Source: Verrucomicrobiaceae bacterium
Lineage (GTDB): Bacteria; Verrucomicrobiota; Verrucomicrobiia; Verrucomicrobiales; Akkermansiaceae
Assembly: GCA_051252135.1 (NCBI GenBank)
Contig: JBPOGH010000001.1
Location: 576,001 to 640,000 of the forward strand
Direction of reading: 5' to 3'
Length of the DNA stretch: 64,000 nt
The notes beneath the pieces are model-generated. The model was not told where the DNA came from. It did not search any database and saw nothing but the letters and a program-made list of their open reading frames with translations. The position numbers were made by a program, and so were the translations under genes. Below, piece after piece: positions 19,736 through 28,746 of the stretch; the first letter of the stretch is position 1; every line of letters begins with the position of its first letter.

Positions 19736-19770
19736 CGAAAAACAAAGAGCCCCGCGTCGCCGCGGAGCTC
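19736..19770 (-). terminator. Intrinsic terminator after PEP-CTERM gene
   Basis: Minus strand GAGCTCCGCG-GCGA-CGCGGGGCTC followed by TTTGTTTTT. Confidence 0.7.
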
Positions 19771-19800
19771 CTATGACTAAAGCGTCAAACGAATCACAAC

Positions 19801-20517
19801 CTATCCCCGACGCCGACGCAGCAATCCAAGGGCTCCAAATCCGACAAGAAGCACACTGCTCGGTTCAGGAATGGCAGTAATCGTGAACTGGCTGCGAATC
19901 TCGTCCTGTCGAAAGTTGCCTGTCGACACGGCCTCAAATGTGGACCCCGATGGCGCCAAAGACCCAAAGGTGATCTCACCCAAGTCCCCCACCGAAGCGG
20001 TATAAGTAGCTCCATCAATGGTGAACGAATCGGAATCACCTTGAGTCCACGAACTCATCTTGGTGCTGGCAAACCCATCAAAGTTAATCGTCGCAGCAGG
20101 TCCACTCACTTGGGTAGGCACTCCCATCGAAACTGTAAGCGTGTTTTGACGCACATTCGATGACCCGGCCAGGAAGTTTACAATACCGGGCGTAAGATAC
20201 ACGATTCTGGTTCCACCTGCGCCATCTAGGCCCAAGACCGTAACGATCGAGGTGAATACAGCCCCTGAATCGGCAGTGTCGTCGATCGTAATCCTAAATT
20301 TGAGAAGATCATCTCCGTTGTTCGCAAACTGCGCTCCACTTCCAGAACTCAACATCAAGCCACCTTCGTTCACACCGCCGGTAACATTTTGAAGTACTCG
20401 AAAATCTAAATTTGCAACAACGGTCGCTGCCGATGAACTCTGGCTAAAGAGCATCAGGCTTCCACCCAAAACTGAGAGAGTCTTATTATTCATTTGGTCT
20501 ATTTTTGTTTGTTTCAT
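19801..20517 (-). CDS. PEP-CTERM sorting domain protein
   Basis: Signal peptide; C-terminus 'AIPEPSSVLLVGFGALGLLRRRRG'. Confidence 0.92.
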   Translation of the reverse strand: MKQTKIDQMNNKTLSVLGGSLMLFSQSSSAATVVANLDFRVLQNVTGGVNEGGLMLSSGSGAQFANNGDDLLKFRITIDDTADSGAVFTSIVTVLGLDGAGGTRIVYLTPGIVNFLAGSSNVRQNTLTVSMGVPTQVSGPAATINFDGFASTKMSSWTQGDSDSFTIDGATYTASVGDLGEITFGSLAPSGSTFEAVSTGNFRQDEIRSQFTITAIPEPSSVLLVGFGALGLLRRRRG

Positions 20518-20588
20518 TGGTTTTCCTTGGACTATTCAAAGCCCGGGAGAGAAACATCTCTTCGTCAAAAGAAACCTTTCCTTGTGTT

Positions 20589-20619
20589 GGAATCACACAG
20601 TCGAAGACTCTCTTAGCAA
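20589..20619 (-). promoter_or_regulatory. Candidate ECF promoter TTGCTAAG-N17-GATTCC
   Basis: About 70 nt upstream of the PEP-CTERM gene; matches the motif upstream of the sigma gene. Confidence 0.6.
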
Positions 20620-20654
20620 GAGATTCAAAAAAATATCTCCGGAGTTCCTCCCCC

Positions 20655-23531
20655 TTACTCTCCCGCGATAATCTCCACGCGCTTCACTTGGAAAAATGCC
20701 TTCTCCGGCCCGAAACCAGAGGGAAACTGCGCCGCAAGGACCGTAAAGCTGGTCGACGCCCCCTCGGCTAGAATCGCATCATCAACCTCAAGCCAATCGG
20801 TCAGATTTTCGGAATAATTGAGCAAATAGACCCCGTCAGGCTGCGAAGCCCAAGTGAGCGTCACATCACCCGACGCATTGACTTGGATATCAGTAAATTC
20901 CGCCGCAATAATCCCATTAAAATCTCCAAGCGCCAACACCGTCAACTTGCCTGTTCCCGTAAATCGGCGATCAACATGTTCGGCCCCACTTTCCTCCGAT
21001 CCATAGGTCCCCGGATTTTGCGGAAAATCGCCAAAGTAAAGCGTGTTCACTGTTTCATCCTGCGTCAGCGAAACCTGCCCGCCACCGGTCAGAATAAGAA
21101 TCCCGGAATCAGAGATCGAATTGCCACTCACTTCAAGAGTCCCCCCGGCCACTGTCGTCCCGCCGAGGTAAGTGTTCCCCCCCGTAAGCGTCAGTTTACC
21201 AGCCCCGGTCTTGATCAAATTTCCATTGCCGGAAACAACTGCACTGACCGACGAATCAAAGCCATTCGTATCAATCACCGCGTCATTCTCGACCACGAGG
21301 CGAATATCACCAAAGGCCCCAAAGACAAGATCCGGCACCGCCTCTGTAATTTGAACCATTCCCCCATCGATCACGACCTGTGCATACCCGTTCCCTGGAT
21401 TAGCCGCTCCCGTCTTGGCCTCTTCAAATCCTCTCGACGTCAAAAACTCGCCACGAATCGTCAGCGTCGAAACCCCATTCTGCGCCGCACCGACCTGAGG
21501 CCCATTGACCTTGATCGTGTTGTTGCCCGTGTAAACAAAGCGCCCTCCTTCCTCGACCGTCAGATTCGCCCCGGCAATATTCCCCCACGCTCGTAAGGTC
21601 ACATTTGCAGACTGATTCCAGACCCCGCCTTCTTTGATATTCACATCACCCGCCCGATGAATCCCAAGCTGACCCGTGCTCGTCACCGTGCCCGCGACAT
21701 TCAACTCAACCACATCGGTATCATCCCCAAGGTTTCCCTGATTCCCAACGAAAATTCCGCCGGGAGCAGTCGACTCTACAATCGCCCCACTCTCCACATT
21801 CAGCACCGCTACCGGATTCACCACCGTCGTCCCCACTTCATATCCCGCATTCGCCAGACGCTGATCGCCCCGAATATTGAGCGTCCCGCTGAGAACCGTC
21901 GTCGCCCCCCTGTAGGAATTAGCTCTTGAAAGGAAGACGACACCACCGTCCACAACATCAATCGAACCATCCCCACTAATCCCACCACTCAATGTCAGCT
22001 CAGAGCCAGCTCCCGCCTGCAATTGAAAGCCCGCTGGAATCACCAAATCCGCCGCCACCTCATGACTTCCACTGATTCCTTGTAAAATCGGAGCCGCACC
22101 ATCGACATCAAAAGTAATCGATGACGTATCCGGACTCCCCGGCACCACTGTAAAACTCTCGACGCTATCGAAGATCAATTTCCCCACCGTCTTATCACCA
22201 TCCAGCGACACCGTGCTCGCCGAGGTGATCGCCGTGCCACCACCACCGAATGAAGCCAAACTTCCCTGTCCATTAGGCGCCGTGTCCGTCGTCCAATTAC
22301 TCGCCATATTCCAGCTACCACCGACCGCACTGTCCCAATTGCTGCCACTCACACTCACCGTCACAGCCACCGTTCCTCCGGTAAAATCAAAGCTGTAACT
22401 CGCACCCGCCGCCGGGTTCGCAACACTCAGCACGGGAGTTCCCCCAAGGGCATTTTCATACTGAAACAACAGGTAGGTGCCCGGAGTCGCAAACGCATCC
22501 TTCGTGCCCAATTCATACAAGCTCACCGAACCATCGTTCATCACCAGACCGTCCTCATCCAAAACATCCACCAGATCGCTCGCACCACCTTCTGAGAGCT
22601 CAAACTCCCCAAGCCATCCGGACTGCAGCTCAAGATTCTCCACCGTCAACGTCCCGACCACCCCCTCGTCCATTGCCACCACCCCTCCGCTTTCCACGAT
22701 GATAGGTCCGCCCGATATCGAACCACCCCCTCCCAGCCCTTTTGTCGCAGCAACCCGATGACCGTTCGTGGGATCAAGATTCAACACCGCCCCAGCTGAA
22801 ACAATCACCTCCTCGGAACTTTCAATCGTCCCGGTCGCTGGCACCATCAGGCTTCCTTCCGTGATTCTCGTGTAACCCGTATAAACATTCCCCGCATTGG
22901 AAACGGTCAACGACCCCGCCCCGACCTTGGTCAGTCCCAGCTTTCGCTCGGTGCCCGCCGTGTTCTCGATCGCCCCGTTCAGCACAATCGCTCCCTCGCC
23001 CCCAATATTAAGATTCTTGGTCCCTACCGTAACACCGTTTCCTCCGGCCACCGGATCCCCTTTCAGCACTCCATTGAGAATCAATGAAGCACTCGTTGAT
23101 TCATTCAGAATGTTGAAGATACTCGGATCATCATTGATTCCCAGTGCCACCGTGTTTTCGAAAGTTTGGTCGTTCACCACCGACGCGGTCATTAAAATCG
23201 TCCCTCCCGCTCTCAGCCGAAAACGATCAGCCCCTGCCCCACCAAATGAATAAGCCGCCGCATCAGTCGTATCGATCGTGATATTTCCAATCGGCTGGGT
23301 CCCCACAAAAGTCACCTCCACATTGCCATTCCCCGCGCCATCAAAGGTCGCCGTATGCGCTCCCGTCGGCACCGCCCCCGAACTCCAATTCGTAGCCACA
23401 TCCCAATCACCATCAGTCGCCCCAAGCCATCTTCCGTCCAAGCCAAATGCGACAGATGCCCCCAGCAAAAGCGAAAGAGCCAAGCCAGAACCAAGTCTGA
23501 ACGGAGTATCAAAAGAAGTCGTTTTCAACAT
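20655..23531 (-). CDS. Secreted protein with autotransporter-associated beta-strand repeats, no beta-barrel, shared C-terminal domain
   Basis: 'LTKVGAGSLTVSNAGNVYTGYTRITEGSL', 'LIKTGAGKLTLTGGNTYLGGTTVAGGTL'; ends 'VTLTWASQPDGVYLLNYSENLTDW...FFQVKRV'. Confidence 0.88.
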   Translation of the reverse strand: MLKTTSFDTPFRLGSGLALSLLLGASVAFGLDGRWLGATDGDWDVATNWSSGAVPTGAHTATFDGAGNGNVEVTFVGTQPIGNITIDTTDAAAYSFGGAGADRFRLRAGGTILMTASVVNDQTFENTVALGINDDPSIFNILNESTSASLILNGVLKGDPVAGGNGVTVGTKNLNIGGEGAIVLNGAIENTAGTERKLGLTKVGAGSLTVSNAGNVYTGYTRITEGSLMVPATGTIESSEEVIVSAGAVLNLDPTNGHRVAATKGLGGGGSISGGPIIVESGGVVAMDEGVVGTLTVENLELQSGWLGEFELSEGGASDLVDVLDEDGLVMNDGSVSLYELGTKDAFATPGTYLLFQYENALGGTPVLSVANPAAGASYSFDFTGGTVAVTVSVSGSNWDSAVGGSWNMASNWTTDTAPNGQGSLASFGGGGTAITSASTVSLDGDKTVGKLIFDSVESFTVVPGSPDTSSITFDVDGAAPILQGISGSHEVAADLVIPAGFQLQAGAGSELTLSGGISGDGSIDVVDGGVVFLSRANSYRGATTVLSGTLNIRGDQRLANAGYEVGTTVVNPVAVLNVESGAIVESTAPGGIFVGNQGNLGDDTDVVELNVAGTVTSTGQLGIHRAGDVNIKEGGVWNQSANVTLRAWGNIAGANLTVEEGGRFVYTGNNTIKVNGPQVGAAQNGVSTLTIRGEFLTSRGFEEAKTGAANPGNGYAQVVIDGGMVQITEAVPDLVFGAFGDIRLVVENDAVIDTNGFDSSVSAVVSGNGNLIKTGAGKLTLTGGNTYLGGTTVAGGTLEVSGNSISDSGILILTGGGQVSLTQDETVNTLYFGDFPQNPGTYGSEESGAEHVDRRFTGTGKLTVLALGDFNGIIAAEFTDIQVNASGDVTLTWASQPDGVYLLNYSENLTDWLEVDDAILAEGASTSFTVLAAQFPSGFGPEKAFFQVKRVEIIAGE

Positions 23532-23598
23532 CGTGGAAGTGTGTCGTGATCAAATTGGGTCAGGCAGGAAAACCCCACTCAATTAGAATCGTTACCCA

Positions 23599-23629
23599 GA
23601 CATCCCCGAAACCACTCCCGGCTTAGCAA
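23599..23629 (-). promoter_or_regulatory. Candidate ECF promoter TTGCTAAG-N17-GATGTC
   Basis: About 70 nt upstream of the 23531 start; third copy of the motif. Confidence 0.6.
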
Positions 23630-23699
23630 TCGAATTCATTATCCTGCTCATGCCCCGCGCCCGCCGCCCCGCTTAAATCACCTGCTAACTTTTCCATCC

Positions 23700-23988
23700 C
23701 TCATCGGCAACCAAGCCCAGCCCCAAAGCGCGGACCAACCTCTTAACCTCTCAAGCCATATCGATGACGCCATCGTCTCCTTCAACGGCCATCAATACCG
23801 AAGAATACCTCGCCGGAACCAACCCCACCGACCCCCAATCCCTCTTCCAAATCACCACCGTCACAGCAGGCTCCCTCAAATGGAACACCGTCAGCAATCG
23901 CACCTACACCGTCATGCGATCCTCCACCCTTCCACCTTCTCCCCAAAGTAACCAAATGTTCTACCGCATCCGCGTCACCTTCCCCTAG
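23700..23988 (+). pseudogene. Decayed 3' remnant of a secreted protein gene (linker plus truncated C-terminal domain)
   Basis: 'NTEEYLAGTNPTDPQSLFQI...LKWNTVSNRTYTVMRSSTL...FYRIRV'; no signal peptide; the middle of the domain is missing. Confidence 0.65.
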
Positions 23989-24014
23989 TCCAGAATAGGA
24001 CATCAGAGTTTCAC

Positions 24015-24293
24015 TCAAAGCTCGGCAATCGCCTCCGCCACCCCCTCCGTCTTCCCCTCCTCCGTCCGGACATAAATCTCCTGCAGTCCCTTCTCCGACT
24101 GCATCACCGCCTTCAGCCCGCCGGACACTTCACGCTGAATCCGAATCGCCCCCGTCGCGCCCCCCTGACCCAGCGACTTCCCCCCATACGATCTCCCAAT
24201 AATCACCCCGACCACCCCATCCAGTGCCTCGATCTTCTTTATGAGGACGCGACACTCCTTGGAGGTCGATTGGTGGCGTCCACGGGAAGGCAT
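24015..24293 (-). CDS. Small protein, DUF2103-like
   Basis: 'MPSRGRHQST...VVGVIIG...IRIQREVSGGLKAV...LQEIYV'. Confidence 0.55.
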   Translation of the reverse strand: MPSRGRHQSTSKECRVLIKKIEALDGVVGVIIGRSYGGKSLGQGGATGAIRIQREVSGGLKAVMQSEKGLQEIYVRTEEGKTEGVAEAIAEL

Positions 24294-24343
24294 AAGCGGT
24301 TGAGGGTTAGCCGCAAGCACCCACCCTTTCAAGCCTAAGCCAG

Positions 24344-26158
24344 CTACTCCCCCGCAACTACTTTCCTCAAAAGCAGAACCCAGTCTTCACCCTCACCTCC
24401 CGGAGGCTTCCCACAATTCAAAATCTCACCACCCATCACCTCGCGCGCCTGCCCCTCAAACCTCCCTCTCCGTGGATGAAACCAGCGAGCCCGAAACGCC
24501 CCCTTCGCCTCACTCAGATCAAGCGTCCCCGTCTTCGTTCCGAACGGAAAATAAACCGCATAAACCTCCCCTTTCTTTCGAAAAACCTGCGCCCCCAGCG
24601 CAAACGACTTCCCGCCCCCAAGCCCCACCTTCAGCATCGCCTCACCGGTCACCAGCCCATCCGCTGGCTCCATCTCCCAGAAAGGTAAGTTCGCCTCCAT
24701 AAACTCCCGTGCCACTCCCACATCTTTCCAAAGCGCCTTCAAACGAGGCTTCTTAAACGACTCCACCCAGAGCAAATCCTCCAAGATAAACTCGATCTGC
24801 CCGCCCGAAAAATAAGTCGGCCACAGCTTCTGCTTCCGGTGCATCTCGGCCCGATCAAAGGGCTTCCACGATTCCTTCTGCCCCACATCCAGCACGAACT
24901 CATCCATCGAAATCGGCAAAGGCCGGCCCGCCTCCTTCGTTGCCTTCCGAAACTCCTCCACCAACATATCAATCCGACGCTTGTTCAGCTGAATCGACGT
25001 CAAACTGAACCTCTCGTCCCCAAAGGTAAAAGCCAACTCCTTCATCGGATCATGCGCCGAATGCACCGTGATCGGATGATCATAAGGATCAACCGACTGC
25101 AAGTATCCCGCAAACTCCCGCACCCGCTCCGGACCAAAATCAAAGCCCACATTGTATTCCTCACACAGATTCCACGACAGCGCGAGATGATGCCCAAAGC
25201 GCGCCACCAACTCCCGATAATACAGCTTCCGCTCCACCCCCAACTCCCCCTCATCCAGCTCTTTCTTATTCGGCACCTCCGCCTCATTCAGGACAAAGTG
25301 CAGCGCCATCCCACGCCGCTGCGCATGCGCAAAAACCACCTCCCACTGCGCCAACTTACTCTGGTCAAAACTGACATTATTGTTCCCCGCATCCCCTTTC
25401 CCATTCGGAGTCCCCGCCCATGGCCAAACATCCTTGCCGTCCCCCCCCAGATTCATCGTCAGCATATAAATGCTATTCACCTTCTGCTCCGCCAAACTAT
25501 TGATCGCTCCGATAATCGCCTTCCCCTTCCCATCATTCCAATCCGGATCGCCCTCCCGCCAATCACTCACATGATCCACGTAGCGATGCTTCGGCGGCGT
25601 GTTGTCAAATCCCTCATAAGCCAAAAAATTCTCCGGACTATCCACCCCACCTCGAATCCAATACGGCCCATCTTTGAACTTCAAATAATGCCCGCCCACA
25701 TATTCCAACCGCCCCCATTTCAAATAACCCGGCGCATCCTCATTGCGCTCCTCCACCAGAAAACTCCCCTTCTTCCCATCAAAGCCAGTCGCCTCACCTG
25801 CTTCCGCTTCCAATGAAACCGCGACCTCTTCCCCTTTCCGAAAAGACGCCTCATAGCTCCACTCCCCCGCCACATCCGGAGTAAAATGAACCCGCCAAAC
25901 CTTCCCCGCATCTCCCCCATTCCCATCACCGGCAAAATACCCCGGCACCTCAAACCCCCTCTCACCCGGCCCCTCAAATCGAACCTGAAGCCGAAAGTCC
26001 AATGCCGGATTCCCACCTTCCTCACCCCCCTCCGCCTCAAAATCCAGCGTCACCGCATGCCAAACCGGAGAGGCCAACACCTGCCCGGACATCAAAACCA
26101 GAAACCAAAGGAAGCGGCAAAAAATCAAGCGAATCATAAAGTCGTTCAGGAATCGCAT
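24344..26158 (-). CDS. DUF5060-domain putative glycoside hydrolase with C-terminal collagen-binding-like domain
   Basis: 'VTLDF...NPALDFRLQVRF..P...VPGYFAGDG...WRVHFTPD..GEWSY'; TIM-barrel 'WNLCEE...DPYDHPITVH'; 'RWFHPRRG...DWVLL'. The start may be at 26137. Confidence 0.8.
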   Translation of the reverse strand: MRFLNDFMIRLIFCRFLWFLVLMSGQVLASPVWHAVTLDFEAEGGEEGGNPALDFRLQVRFEGPGERGFEVPGYFAGDGNGGDAGKVWRVHFTPDVAGEWSYEASFRKGEEVAVSLEAEAGEATGFDGKKGSFLVEERNEDAPGYLKWGRLEYVGGHYLKFKDGPYWIRGGVDSPENFLAYEGFDNTPPKHRYVDHVSDWREGDPDWNDGKGKAIIGAINSLAEQKVNSIYMLTMNLGGDGKDVWPWAGTPNGKGDAGNNNVSFDQSKLAQWEVVFAHAQRRGMALHFVLNEAEVPNKKELDEGELGVERKLYYRELVARFGHHLALSWNLCEEYNVGFDFGPERVREFAGYLQSVDPYDHPITVHSAHDPMKELAFTFGDERFSLTSIQLNKRRIDMLVEEFRKATKEAGRPLPISMDEFVLDVGQKESWKPFDRAEMHRKQKLWPTYFSGGQIEFILEDLLWVESFKKPRLKALWKDVGVAREFMEANLPFWEMEPADGLVTGEAMLKVGLGGGKSFALGAQVFRKKGEVYAVYFPFGTKTGTLDLSEAKGAFRARWFHPRRGRFEGQAREVMGGEILNCGKPPGGEGEDWVLLLRKVVAGE

Positions 26159-26254
26159 CTCAGTGAGTGCCCCTTAGCAGAGAACAACCGCAATTTGTCC
26201 GTTTTCATGCTAAGCTCATCATTCCCCTCAGCAATTTCCCTGCAGCGCATCTCC

Positions 26255-27742
26255 ATGAAAAACATCATCCTCGCCATCTTCCTCCTCTGCAGCCTCGCTT
26301 ACGCGGAATCAACCAGGCCCAACATCCTCTTCATCGCCGTCGATGATCTCAACGACTACATCTCCCCCCTCGACAACCACCCCGGCGTCAAAACCCCCAA
26401 CTTCGATCGCCTCGCCAAGCAATCCGTCACCTTCGCCAACGCCCACTGCGCCTCCCCCGTCTGCCACGCCTCCCGCGTCGCCGTCATGACCGGCGTCCAT
26501 CCCACAAAATCCGGTCTCTATAAAAACCTCTTCGGCGCACACGGCCCCCGCTGGCGTCACGAAGCCCCCGTCTTAAAAGACGCCGTCGTCCTCTCCCAAC
26601 ACTTCCGCGACCACGGCTACCACGCCGCCGGTGGCGGAAAAATCTTCCACGCCCTCCAGTGGACCAAAGGCGACTCCCAAAACGATCCCAGCGCCTGGGA
26701 CACCTACCGAGGCGATCCCCTCGATCCCATCTCCGCCGATTGGCCCCGCCCCCAACTCGTCCCCGATGCCAAACTCGGCATCGGTCCCGGCCGCCCCCTC
26801 GGACCGCGCAAAGTCTTCGGCGCCCAAGCCCTCCAAATCCCCGACGAACAAACCGGCGACCACATGGTCGTCACCTGGGCCACCAAACAACTCGCCGCCA
26901 CGCAGGAAAAACCCCTCTTCCTCGCCGTCGGCCTCTTCCGCCCCCACATCCCCTTCGAGGTCCCCCAGCGCTTCTTCGACATGCACCCGCTCGAAGACGT
27001 CCAACTCCCCGATTACCGCGCCGACGACCTCCTCGACTCCCGACCACCCACCCGCCAGCCCTGGCACAAATGGGTCGTCAAAAACAAACAGTGGAAAACC
27101 TTCATGCAAGGCTACCTCGCCAGCATCAGCTACACCGACTACGAACTCGGCCGCCTCCTCGATGCCCTCGACGCCTCCCCCAAAAAAGACAACACCATCG
27201 TCGTCCTCTGGAGCGACCACGGCTTTCACATCGGCGAAAAGGAGAACTGGGAAAAATTCCAACTCTGGGACCAAACTACCCGCGTCCCCCTCTTCATCCA
27301 CGCCCCCGGCCTCAGCCAGGACGGAGCAAAAACCCGCACCCCCGCCACCCTCACCGACCTCTACCCCACCCTCTGCGAACTTGCCGGTCTCCCCATCCCC
27401 GCCCAATGCACCGGCAGCAGCCTCGTCCCCGTCCTAAAATCCCCCACCGAAAAAACCACCCGCCTCTCCCTCACCTCCTACGACTTCCCCGAGCAAGGCC
27501 TCGCCCACGCCATCTCCGACCCCCGTTACCGCTACATCCGCCATCACGACGGCTTCCAAGAACTCTACGACCTCATCGAGGACCCCAACGAATTCACCAA
27601 CCTCGCCCCCAAACCCGAGTCCGCACCCATCATAACCAAGCTCGCCAAAGGCCTCCCCAAATCCCCCGCTGCCTCCCGTGGAGTTCCCCAAGATTCCATC
27701 TACAACGCAAAGAAAAAACCTGCTCGCAGGAAAGCAAAGTAA
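26255..27742 (+). CDS. Formylglycine-dependent sulfatase (iduronate-2-sulfatase-like)
   Basis: 'PNILFIAVDDL...TPNFDRLA...CHASRVAVMTG...GKIFH...RPHIP...WSDHGFHIGEK'. Confidence 0.93.
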   Translation: MKNIILAIFLLCSLAYAESTRPNILFIAVDDLNDYISPLDNHPGVKTPNFDRLAKQSVTFANAHCASPVCHASRVAVMTGVHPTKSGLYKNLFGAHGPRWRHEAPVLKDAVVLSQHFRDHGYHAAGGGKIFHALQWTKGDSQNDPSAWDTYRGDPLDPISADWPRPQLVPDAKLGIGPGRPLGPRKVFGAQALQIPDEQTGDHMVVTWATKQLAATQEKPLFLAVGLFRPHIPFEVPQRFFDMHPLEDVQLPDYRADDLLDSRPPTRQPWHKWVVKNKQWKTFMQGYLASISYTDYELGRLLDALDASPKKDNTIVVLWSDHGFHIGEKENWEKFQLWDQTTRVPLFIHAPGLSQDGAKTRTPATLTDLYPTLCELAGLPIPAQCTGSSLVPVLKSPTEKTTRLSLTSYDFPEQGLAHAISDPRYRYIRHHDGFQELYDLIEDPNEFTNLAPKPESAPIITKLAKGLPKSPAASRGVPQDSIYNAKKKPARRKAK

Positions 27743-27781
27743 TCCACCTCACCGCTCATCTCAACAACGCGGCCCCGTCCT

Positions 27782-27806
27782 CACCGATTTCAGCGTGAAA
27801 TCAGTG
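27782..27806 (-). terminator. Hairpin at the tRNA 3' end, between tRNA and convergent sulfatase
   Basis: CACCGATTTCA-GCG-TGAAATCAGTG inverted repeat; no clear U tract. Confidence 0.4.
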
Positions 27807-27879
27807 GAGCCGCTGGTCGGAATTGAACCGACGACCTATTCATTACGAGTGAATTGCTCTACCCCTGAGCTACAGCGGC
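27805..27879 (-). tRNA. tRNA-Thr(CGT), CCA encoded
   Basis: Reverse complement GCCGCTGTAGCTCAGGGGTAGAGCAATTCACTCGTAATGAATAGGTCGTCGGTTCAATTCCGACCAGCGGCTCCA folds as a cloverleaf with anticodon CGT. Confidence 0.97.
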
Positions 27880-28212
27880 CTTTACACCGTAAAAGCGGGT
27901 GGAATGTCGCGAGAACCATTGATGAACCAATGAATTCCTGCAACGCCGCTTTCTTAGCAGACCCGCTCCATGACGCAATCGCGATTTCATGGCAATCCTT
28001 CATTTTTCTCCGAACCACCGGAAAACCTCACTTCGGCACCCCCAAGCAAGTGCTCGCTTGAAATGAAGCTCAATAATCCACTTCTCTGATCACTGCTAAT
28101 CTCGACCTTTTCGCCAACTTCCAAAGCAATTCGTCTTTCAGCGTAAGAAAATTACTTTTCATGGTGAGATACGTCCTCCTATTGGTAATACTAGTAGACA
28201 TTTAGATTTAAT

Positions 28213-28746
28213 TTGGATTCGGATGACCAAAACTCACTCAAGCGCGAACGATTCGTCGCTGAGCTCAGTGCGTCCCAAAGCCTTCTTTATCGCTACATTT
28301 TTTCGCTGCACCCAAACTCCAATATGGTCGATGACGTTCTCCAGGAGACCAATATCGTGCTCTGGAGAAAAGTGGATGAATTCGATGAATCCCAGAGTTT
28401 TTTACCTTGGGCGAGAGCGATTGCCCGCTACCAGGTGCTCGCATCCTGCCGCGATCTATCGCGCGATCGCATTGTTCTCGATGAAAATCTCGTCAATCTC
28501 ATCGCCGACGAGATCGAATCGGATCACCCCCCCACTCATCCGCAAATGCATGCGCTTGAGCACTGCCTTTCCCAACTGAGTTCGAAAAACCGCGAGCTCA
28601 TTCTCCGCCGCTACAGCCGGGGCACGTCCGTCGACAGCATCGCAAAATCTCTTCACCGCCCCGCAGCCTCCATCTCTCAATCGCTCTACCGTATTCGACA
28701 GGCTCTCATGAAGTGTGTCGACAGACAATCCTTCGGACAATCATGA
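28213..28746 (+). CDS. ECF sigma-70 factor
   Basis: 'VDDVLQETNIVLWRK..EFD...FLPWARAIARYQV...CLSQL...LYRIRQALMKCV'; TTG start. Confidence 0.93.
   Translation: MDSDDQNSLKRERFVAELSASQSLLYRYIFSLHPNSNMVDDVLQETNIVLWRKVDEFDESQSFLPWARAIARYQVLASCRDLSRDRIVLDENLVNLIADEIESDHPPTHPQMHALEHCLSQLSSKNRELILRRYSRGTSVDSIAKSLHRPAASISQSLYRIRQALMKCVDRQSFGQS

Noticed and set aside
20655..23531. Classical type Va autotransporter
   Set aside because: Passenger-type repeats are present, but there is no C-terminal beta-barrel ending in an aromatic residue.
24472..27798. Long alternative-frame ORFs (24839..25816, 26573..27406, 26631..27437, 26659..27798)
   Set aside because: Low-complexity Pro/Arg/Ser/Gly shadows of real genes, caused by the extreme C/G skew.
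27805..27879. tRNA-anchored integrative element or prophage
   Set aside because: No integrase or phage genes and no duplicate of the tRNA 3' end were seen. The compositional shift is on the tRNA's 5' side, not the usual 3' side.
27930..27960. Sixth copy of the TGCTAAG motif upstream of the tRNA
   Set aside because: CTGCTAAG is present, but the downstream element (GGAAT) is at N14 rather than N15/16.
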